The position numbers and the translations under genes are program-made. DNA of 59,918 bases, the filler included, from Nemertoderma westbladi (Eukaryota > Animalia > Xenacoelomorpha), in NCBI GenBank assembly GCA_032718475.1. It is 3 parts of 3 records of this genome, joined end to end, with 100 filler letters (N's around TTAATTAATTAA, not from the genome) between each part and the next. Parts side by side here need not be neighbours in the genome. Positions count along the whole stretch, not along the records: positions 47,890 to 59,918 come from JAUCBJ010003095.1; 2 more parts are not named here. One strand, written 5' to 3'. Shown here piece after piece: positions 50,630 to 59,918 of this stretch. The notes under the pieces are model-generated. The model ran no database searches. It saw only the letters and a program-made list of their open reading frames with translations, and had not been told where the DNA came from. Each line of letters starts with the position of its first letter. Positions within the stretch are counted from its first letter, which is position 1.

Positions 50630-51330
50630 TACTACTAGCATCGGCATGCTGCATTGCAGCTGCATTTTTAAGAATGCTGTGCCGGCTTGTCAACAAAATT
50701 GCACCGCCACAACTCCCTATCACCCATGACATTTGCTAGATCATCCGCATCTTTAAGGCCAGTGTCTTTTAAGATGCGTCTCAAGAAAGTCATGGGCTGT
50801 CCACCATGCTTCTCCATGAGGCTGTCCACCATGCTACTCCATGAGGCTGCCAAAGTACAAGATTATGCACTGGCTGGTCCTCACGGCGAAAGCAATGTCC
50901 TGCAAAGCGGAGGCGATTTTGTTCTAGTGTCAAGCTCGGGGGAACCAATGAGACACCTCCAATGTTATATAGTGTCTGGTTGGAGAGGTGTGCATTGTAC
51001 TTCACACAATGAACCCGGCGTAGCATTCTTGTGAATGTGCCATCCAGAGATTTGGTGTCCTCAGCAGTTAGAGCCCAGCATGGACTCCTATAGAGGAGTA
51101 CTGGAACTACTGCTGCTCTAAATAATCGGACCTTAAGTTTCCGATTAATTCTCGGTGACTTCCAAATCCTGGAAAGCCTATTCAAGGCTGCCCATGCCTT
51201 TCCCTTACGTATTCGAAGGTCCTCACCTGACTTCCGGATCCATGATCCCAAGGTGACAGAAGTCGTCCACATGCTCAAGCATACCATCCTTTGAGCTTAT
51301 GCTCAAAGGATGGTATGCTTGAGCATTATG
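50630..51330 (-). mobile_element. 5'-truncated RTE-clade LINE
   Basis: Near-identical to 31690-32340; TSD TTGCACATGAT at 50619-50629 and 51331-51341; short internal duplications. Confidence 0.92.
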
Positions 51331-51354
51331 TTGCACATGATGATGAAAGTAGTT

Positions 51355-51651
51355 ATAGCACCAAATAATTTTTTTGTACAGTAGCACCAAATAATTTTTT
51401 TGTACAGTAGCACCAAATAATTTTTTTCTACAGTAGCACCAAATAATTTTTTTGTACAGTAGCACCAAATAATTTTTTTCTACAGTAGCACCAAATAATT
51501 TTTTTGTACAGTAGCACCAAATAATTTTTTTGTACAGTAGCACCAAATAATTTTTTTCTACAGTAGCACCAAATAATTTTTTTGTACAGTAGCACCAAAT
51601 AATTTTTTTCTACAGTAGCACCAAATAATTTTTTTGTACAGTAGCACCAAT
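51355..51651. repeat. 26-bp tandem repeat, about 11 copies
   Basis: Unit CAGTAGCACCAAATAATTTTTTT(G/C)TA. Confidence 0.95.
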
Positions 51652-51914
51652 TTACATTCCCCCATTTTGATTTGAATATCTCTCTCACCAAAATCAATTA
51701 TATATTCATCGCCAAAAAAACAATTATTCTAAAAAAATTACAATCAACCAAAAACAATTCTTCCAGCCCCAAATATTTTATGGAAAATTTATTTATACAA
51801 ATTTATTCTACTATTTACAAACTATTTACATCATTTTGTGCAAAGTAGCACTTTGCAGCGTTATGATCTGAGTTTATTTATATACCGAGCGAGCGCAGCT
51901 AGCGATTTCTGGAT

Positions 51915-54900
51915 CGTTCCTTGATGGAGGGACATTTACAGACTTTATATTGCAGGTTTGAAGCTCTGTTCCTGGATGGAGAGATTATACAGACTTTATA
52001 TTACAGGTTGGAAGCTCTGCTCCTGGATGGAGGGATTATACAGACTTTATATCACAGATTGGGAGCTCTGCTCCGGGATGGAGGGATTATACAGACTTTA
52101 TATCACAGGTTGGGAGCTCTGCTCCTGGATGGAGGGATTGTACAGACTTTATATTACAGGTTGGAAGCTCTGCTCCTGGATTGAGGGATTGTACAGACTT
52201 TATATTACAGGTTGGAAGCTCTGCTCCTGGATTGAGGGATATATACAGACTTTATATTACAGGTTGGAAGCTCTGCTCCTGGATGGAGGGATATATACAG
52301 ACTTTATATTACAGGTTGGAAGCTCTGCTCCTGGATGGAGGGATATATACAGACTTTATATTACAGGTTGGAAGCTCTGCTCCTGGATGGAGGGATATAT
52401 ACAGACTTTATATTACAGGTTGGAAGCTCTGCTCCTGTATTGCGGGATATATACAGACTTTATATTGCAGGTTTGAAGCTCTGCTCCTGTATGGAGGGAT
52501 TATACAGACTTTATATTAGAGGTTGGGAGCTCTGCTCCTGGATTGAGGGATTATACAGACTTTATATTACAGGTTGGGAGTACTGCTCCTAGATTGAGGG
52601 ATTATACAGACTTTATATTACAGGTTGGGAGCTCTGCTCCTGGATGGAGGGATTATACAGACTTTATATTACAGGTTGGAAGCTCTGCTCCTGTATGGAG
52701 GGATATATACAGACTTTATATTGCAGGTTGGAAGCTCTGCTCCTGTATGGAGGGATTATACAGACTTTATATTGCAGGTTGGAAGCTCTGCTCTTAGATT
52801 GAGGGATTATACAGACTTTATATTACAGGTTGGGAGCTCTGCTCCTGGATGGAGGGATTATACAGACTTTATATTGCAGGTTGGAAGCTCTGCTCCTGTA
52901 TGGAGGGATATATACAGACTTTATATTGCAGGTTTGAAGCTCTGCTCCTGGATTGAGGGATTATACAGACTTTATATTGCAGGTTGGAAGCTCTGCTCCT
53001 GTATGGAGGGATATATACAGACTTTATATTACAGGTTGGGAGCTCTGCTCCTGGATGGAGGGATTATACAGACTTTATATTGCAGGTTGGAAGCTCTGCT
53101 CCTGTATGGAGGGATATATACAGACTTTATATCACAGGTTGGGAGCTCTGCTCCTGGATGGAGGGATTATACAGACTTTATATTACAGGTTGGAGTCTCT
53201 TCTACTGGTTGGAGGGATTATACAGACTTTATATTACAGGTTGGAAGCTCTGCTCCTGTATGGAGGGATATATGCAGACTTTATATTACAGGTTGGAGTC
53301 TCTTCTACTGGTTGGAAGGATTATACAGACTTTATATTACAGGTTGGAAGCTCTGCTCCTGTATTGCGGGATATATACAGACTTTATATTACAGGTTGGA
53401 AGCTCTGCTCCTGTATGGAGGGATATATGCAGACTTTATATTACAGGTTGGAGTCTCTTCTACTGGTTGGAAGGATTATACAAACTTTATATTACAGGTT
53501 GGAAGCTCTGCTCCTGTATTGCGGGATATATACAAACTTTATATTACAGGTTGGGAGCTCTGCTCCTGTATTGCGGGATATATACAGACTTTATATTAGA
53601 GGTTGTAAGCTCTGCTCCTGGATGGAGGGATATATACAAACTTTATATTACAGGTTGGAAGCTCTGCTCCGGGATGGAGGGATTGTACAGACTTTATATT
53701 AGAGGTTGGAAGCTCTGCTCCTGGATGGAGGGATTATACAGACTTTATATTAGAGGTTGGGAGCTCTGCTCCTGGATGGAGGGATATATACAGACTTTAT
53801 ATCACAGATTGGGAGCTCTGCTCCGGGATGGAGGGATTATACAGACTTTATATCACAGATTGGGAGCTCTGCTCCGGGATGGAGGGATTATACAGACTTT
53901 ATATTAGAGGTTGGGAGCTCTGCTCCTGGATGGAGGGATATATACAGACTTTATATCACAGATTGGGAGCTCTGCTCCGGGATGGAGGGATTGTACAGAC
54001 TTTATATTAGAGGTTGGGAGCTCTGCTCCTGGATGGTGGGATTATACAAACTTTATATTAGAGGTTGGAAGCTCGGCTCCTGGATGGAGGGATTATACAG
54101 AGTTTATATTAGAGGTTGGGAGCTCTGCTCCTGGATGGAGGGATTGTACAGACTTTATATTGCAGGTTTGAAGCTCTGCTCCTGTATTGCGGGATATATA
54201 CAGACTTTATATTGGAGGTTGGGAGCTCTGCTCCTGGATAGAGGGATATATACAGACTTTATATTACAGGTTGGAAGCTCTGTTCCTGGATGGAGGGATT
54301 GTACAGACTTTATATTGCAGGTTTGAAGCTCTGCTCCTGGATGGAGGGATTATACAGACTTTATATCACAGATTGGGAGCTCTGCTCCGGGATGGAGGGA
54401 TTATACAGACTTTATATCACAGATTGGGAGCTCTGCTCCGGGATGGAGGGATTATACAGACTTTATATCACAGATTGGGAGCTCTGCTCCGGGATGGAGG
54501 GATTATACAGACTTTATATCACAGATTGGGAGCTCTGCTCCTGGATGGAGGGATTGTACAGACTTTATATTGCAGGTTTGAAGCTCTGCTCCTGTATTGC
54601 GGGATATATACAGACTTTATATTGGAGGTTGGGAGCTCTGCTCCTGGATGGAGGGATATTTACAGACTTTATATTACAGGTTGGAAGCTCTGTTCCTGGA
54701 TGGAGGGATTGTACAGACTTTATATTGCAGGTTTGAAGCTCTGCTCCTGGATGGAGGGATTATACAGACTTTATATCACAGATTGGGAGCTCTGCTCCGG
54801 GATGGAGGGATTATACAGACTTTATATCACAGATTGGGAGCTCTGCTCCGGGATGGAGGGATTATACAGACTTTATATTACAGGTTGGAAGCTCTGCTCC

Positions 54901-56155
54901 TGGATGGAGGGATTATACAGACTTTATATCACAGATTGGGAGCTCTGCTCCGGGATGGAGGGATTATACAGACTTTATATCACAGATTGGGAGCTCTGCT
55001 CCTGGATGGAGGGATTGTACAGACTTTATATTGCAGGTTTGAAGCTCTGCTCCTGTATTGCGGGATATATACAGACTTTATATTGGAGGTTGGGAGCTCT
55101 GCTCCTGGATGGAGGGATATATACAGACTTTATATTACAGGTTGGAAGCTCTGTTCCTGGATGGAGGGATTGTACAGACTTTATATTGCAGGTTTGAAGC
55201 TCTGCTCCTGTATTGCGGGATATATACAGACTTTATATTGGAGGTTGGGAGCTCTGCTCCTGGATGGAGGGATATATACAGACTTTATATTACAGGTTGG
55301 AAGCTCTGTTCCTGGATGGAGGGATTGTACAGACTTTATATTGCAGGTTTGAAGCTCTGCTCCTGTATTGCGGGATATATACAGACTTTATATTGGAGGT
55401 TGGGAGCTCTGCTCCTGGATGGAGGGATATATACAAACTTTATATTACAGGTTGAAAGCTCTGCTCCGGGATGGAGGGATTGTACAGACTTTATATTACA
55501 GGTTGGGAGCTCTGCTCCTGGATGGAGGGATTGTACAGACTTTATATTACAGGTTGGAAGCTCTGCTCCGGGATGGAGGGATTGTACAGACTTTATATTA
55601 CAGGTTGGGAGCTCTGCTCCTGGATGGAGGGATTGTACAGACTTTATATTACAGGTTGGAAGCTCTGCTCCGGGATGGAGGGATTATACAGACTTTATAT
55701 CACAGGTTGGGAGCTCTGCTCCTGGATGGAGGGATTGTACAGACTTTATATTACAGGTTGGGAGCTCTGCTCCTGGATGGAGGGATTGTACAGACTTTAT
55801 ATTACAGGTTGGGAGCTCTGCTCCTGGATGGAGGGATATATACAAACTTTATATTACAGGTTGGAAGCTCTGCTCCGGGATGGAGGGATTATACAGACTT
55901 TATATCACAGGTTGGGAGCTCTGCTCCTGGATGGAGGGATTGTACAGACTTTATATTGCAGGTTTGAAGCTCTGCTCCTGTATTGCGGGATATATACAGA
56001 CTTTATATTGGAGGTTGGGAGCTCTGCTCCTGGATGGAGGGATATATACAGACTTTATATTACAGGTTGGAAGCTCTGTTCCTGGATGGAGGGATATATA
56101 CAGACTTTATATTACAGGTTGGAAGCTCTGCTCCTGGATGGTGGAATATATACTG
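51915..56155. repeat. 51/52-bp satellite, about 80 copies
   Basis: Unit GGATGGAGGGATTATACAGACTTTATATTACAGGTTGGAAGCTCTGCTCCT with clustered variants. Confidence 0.97.
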
Positions 56156-56378
56156 ACCTCGACGTTATTACCTTAAGACGCCCAACTGAACTACTTCATT
56201 ATGAAACCACACTGGGACGAGATAAATCCGATTGTCTAGGTAACAGAATAATAGTGGCAAAACAGTCTTCGGCATTCCTACAACTTTATCTGAAATCATA
56301 CAGGTTAGTAATTTGTTAACATTTACTATGATTGTTACACACTGTTGAAACAAATATTACTGAAAAGTCCTAAAGTAG

Positions 56379-57680
56379 GACTTCCGGATCCATAATCCCA
56401 GGTAACAGAAGTCGTCCACATGGTCAAGCATACCATCCTTTGAGCTTATGCTCATCCGGTCAGAGACTTGCTGAGGACTTTCAAAGTTAACTGTCAAAAT
56501 TGTGGTCTTTTTAGAGTTAATAAAAGACCAACACTAGAAGCAGCCTGTTCTAATGAGCTGAGGAGCCGTTGGGCTCCCTCTAGTGATTCTGAGAGTATTC
56601 CTAAGTCATCAGCAAAGTCTAGATCAGTTAGGTACTTGGCAGGATTTCCTCGACTTCCGGGGCCAGTATGTGGAGTTATCATCAACCCATCATCATGATG
56701 ATGATCCAAGGACATGCGTAGAACATAGTCAACCACAATTATTAACAAGAATGGTGCAAGTGTGTCTCCCTGAAGGACGCCCCATAACACTTCAAATGGT
56801 TCTGTGTCACAGTCAACAGTAGACACAAATGTTGTCGAACCATCGTATACTGATCTGATTGCTGCAATAATTTCATCAGGAATCCCATATAATGAAAGTA
56901 TGCTGAACATACGTGAGCGAGAGACTGAATCAAAGGCCTTGAAGAAGTCAACAAAGATAACAGCATGATGCCTGTCTTTCTTTTTTGATAATTCTTCAAT
57001 TATCCTTCTAAGTGCCAAAATGGGCTCCATGGTCCCACGACCTTTACGGAACCCATTCTGGTTTCCACGGAGCAGTCTCTCAATGGGATCCCTGATGCAA
57101 TTTAATATAATTCTATTGTATAGCTTTGCGGCAATCGATATCAATGAGATTCCCCGAAAAGAACCGTAGAGTGTTAGGTTGCCCTTCTTGGGAACTGGCA
57201 CCAACTTATTTGTTTTCATTTCTTGTGGGACTCTTGTTGTTCGGTACATGTCTACTATGATGGGATAGATGAGCTTTAAACACTCAGGTATTTTAAAGAC
57301 CTCAGGGGGGACACCATCTACTCCACTGGCCCGATTGGTCTTAATGCTCTTTGCAGCAGCCTTCACTTCTGCAAAGGAGATATCGCCAATGGGAATATCT
57401 GGGAGTACAGACTCAGACACCTTTACTTCTATAAAGTTATCAGGCAATACCCTGTCATTATTGAGGAGCTTTTCAAAGTGGGCTTTCCAACCATTGAGGC
57501 GATCGGCTGGTGATTCTGCCTTAACCTTGGTGGTTGGTTGGCTTTTCCGCCCAGTAACCATGCCTGGGATGATTGCCTGCTGTCGTCGGCATGATTGATG
57601 GCATCAACCTGTTGGTTTATTAGCTCCTGTAGATTAACAGAGTACTGCCTGTTCAGGGACCAAATGCCATGACATCCATT
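56379..57680 (-). mobile_element. RTE-clade LINE reverse transcriptase segment
   Basis: SGVDGVPPE, PVPKKG...FRGISL, QNGFRKGR, FVDFFKAFDSV, GVLQGDTLAPFL, FADD; frameshift near 56520. Confidence 0.92.
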
Positions 57681-57934
57681 GCAGGACATTGCTTTCGCCG
57701 TGAGGACAAACCAGTGCATAATCTTGTACTTTGGCAGCCTCATGGAGTGAATAAGCATGGTGGACAGCCCATGACTTTCTTGAGACGCATCTTAAAGGAC
57801 ACTGGCCTTGAAGATGCGGATGATCTAGCAAATGTCATGGGTGATAGGGAGTTGTGGCTGTGCAATTTTGTCGACAAGCCGGCTCAGCATTCCTAAAAAT
57901 GCAGCTGCATTGCAGCATGCCGATCATAGTAGTA
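57680..57934 (+). mobile_element. RTE 3' end with (TAG)n tail, opposite orientation to the adjacent RT segment
   Basis: AGHCFRRED...DRELW..NFVDKPAQHS, then GCAGCATGCCGATCATAGTAGTA. Confidence 0.9.
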
Positions 57935-58761
57935 ATGTTGAGCAAATAGAGTAAGTCCCATACAGACATAGAAATTGACTGATGACTTTGATGTACTGTC
58001 AGAATGATGATAGCATAATGTCAGCATTGAATAGTCTGTCCATGATTTGGGAGTCCCATAGAATAAAGCGAAACTTTAATAGGTAAATCATTAATAATAG
58101 TTAAGGGCGAGTGCGAGTGAATGGAAGGGGGTCCGAGTTACACACAACTTATTATGGTGGAAACCGTGTGCAGTGGGCTGGGTAACTATGTGGCGGTCCC
58201 ACGTTGCCAATGTAAACACTGTCCCTTGGACCAATTGCTCGCGGTCGAAGTTTGTTTGGCGTTGCCTGATGGTGAGCTCGGCACTGTTGTATTCTCGTTC
58301 AAATGTCTCATAATGTTTTTTAAGTAATTCTTATCAGTAAATGTATGTTTGCAAACTAATTTTACAGCAATTTCCAGATCTTTTAGGTTTGCTAAGGTTG
58401 ATGTAAGGGCCGATTTCATTTATAGTGTAGACGTAACTGATGGGGAGACTTTAAGTTTGAAAATTTTTAGTTTCACTTGAAATTAGGGGAAATTTTGTAA
58501 CATTGTTGAATATGCTTTAGTTTTTTTCGATTTTATATGTCTTCATATTAATTTGTTATAGTGCCTGCCTTTCCACGATAGGTAAATATATCAGATCGCG
58601 CTTAGGGGCCCACCTTTTGGATCTTTATTGTTTTTGATTTCTTAAGATTGACCAGCATGCAGTTTAATTTACATCATGTAGAAGAGCGTTCAAACATTTT
58701 TGAATGTCATCTGGATTGTTTGAATTGAACTCGAGATCATCAGAATATAAGAGGAACTTTC

Positions 58762-58850
58762 TAGGGATGTCCCGGAATCGATATTTTGATTCCGGCCGGA
58801 ACCGGAATTCAACATACCGGAATATTCCGGCCGGAACCGGAATTTTGTAT
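58762..58850. mobile_element. hAT-like MITE end with CCGGAA repeats
   Basis: Begins TAGGGATG; repeated TTCCGGCCGGAACCGGAA; partner end not found. Confidence 0.4.
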
Positions 58851-59918
58851 AATTAGTGAAATACACTAAATGACCCATGAAATTAAAATAATTTTTTGAG
58901 AATTTTTTACATTGGTGGGTGTAGTAGTGGAGAGTGCTGTGGTCTGGAAGCAGGAGCACGTGATTATGGGGCTGTAGAGGGGGGGGGGGGGGGGGGTTAT
59001 TTTGGCCTATCTGGCCAGGTCTATTTTTACTACGTAATTTGCCAAAGGAGGTTGTTGTCATTTTGGAAGTTTTCTTAGATATTGTCTAAAAAATTAGAAT
59101 TTCGAAGGTATAAGGGTTTTCGAGGTCGCTGATCATGCTAAAACTTGTTAAAAATATTTTTTTGGCATTGCAACCATTATTTGTTGCTATTCTGCTCCCC
59201 CAGGATGAAAAGTACAAGTTAAAAAATTTCAAACTAACAAATGTTGTGTTCGGATGGATAATTCTGAAGCTATAGGGTCGAGTTCGCTGATCGTGATATA
59301 TTTTATGGAAGTGTAAACATCTAATTTTTATCAATTTGCCCTACTTATATTTTTTGTACAAATTTGGCACATATTAAAAAGTACCACAATCAATCAGAAA
59401 AAAACTTGTTTAGTGTCATATACGAATTCAGCTAAGCAGAAACCCAATAATGCCATCAAATCAGGTTAATTTGTTATTGATTTATCATCATAAAAATATG
59501 GTAATTGTATTTTTCGTGCCACTTCACTTTGGCACATGTCCAAAAATGCCCCGATAAATCAGATAGGATATGATATGAGTGTCCCATTCATGATCAGCAT
59601 CCCGGAAAAACCCTAATGGCATAAAATCAATTTGATTTGGTGGTGATTTCCTTTATCATATTTGGACTACTTGTTTTTTTCGTGCCCTAGGAAGCACATT
59701 CACCATTACCAAAAATTTTTTCGAATGTTATATTTGAGTTCAATAATCGTAATCAGCATCTAAAAAACCGCTATGTACCACAAATAAAATAATTTAGGCG
59801 AGCTTTTAATACTTTTGAAAATTTTAGCTCAAAATACTGGAGATGGGTGCAGGAAAGGGACCACAGCACAAAAATAAACATAGCTATGTTAATTTAAAAT
59901 TTAGGAAAAGTCACGAAA

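Larger units (their letters stand above)
50551..51905. mobile_element. Foldback/MITE with CGAGCGAGCG-containing inverted ends, hosting an RTE copy and a 26-bp array
   Basis: GCTGCGCTCGCTCGGTA.ATAAATAAACTC...CGCTGCAAAGTG.TACTTTGCACA is inverted at 51837-51905. Confidence 0.7.

Noticed and set aside
51915-56319. Long ORFs with 17-aa repeats in three frames
   Set aside because: Produced by a stop-poor 51-bp satellite; 52-bp variants shift frame freely, so no frame is preserved.
58186-58419. 77-aa ORF with QCLHWQRG, faintly like a CCCH finger start
   Set aside because: Motif incomplete and the frame stops; insufficient support.

Overview
AT-rich, repeat-dense eukaryotic (most likely invertebrate animal) scaffold with two 100-bp assembly gaps, each containing an artificial TTAATTAATTAA linker (22146-22245, 47790-47889). 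Host genes: CCA-adding enzyme TRNT1 (2 exons, with a PIF/Harbinger transposon in its single intron), and single-ORF RagC/D, ARL14EP-like, a Shisa/WBP1-like membrane protein, NDUFA9, and a tandem pair of protamine-like basic proteins. The rest is mostly mobile DNA: RTE-clade LINE copies with TSDs, a CR1/L2-type LINE end, a GIY-YIG fragment, a THAP/P-type remnant, many MITEs and several satellites. Most notable unexplained structures: (1) a BEL/Pao-like LTR family whose 3' region carries a strongly folded leader and two unrecognised ORFs (one with twin CCHC knuckles); (2) a ~600-nt folded, Pol III-compatible RNA-like segment at 45546-46147; (3) a bipartite motif GTTTATTGTTTT-GGTTA-N15/16-TAACC-TGCTCCTTTCCCT with variable spacer shared by unrelated repeat families. 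All calls come from reading the sequence by eye; no searches were run.
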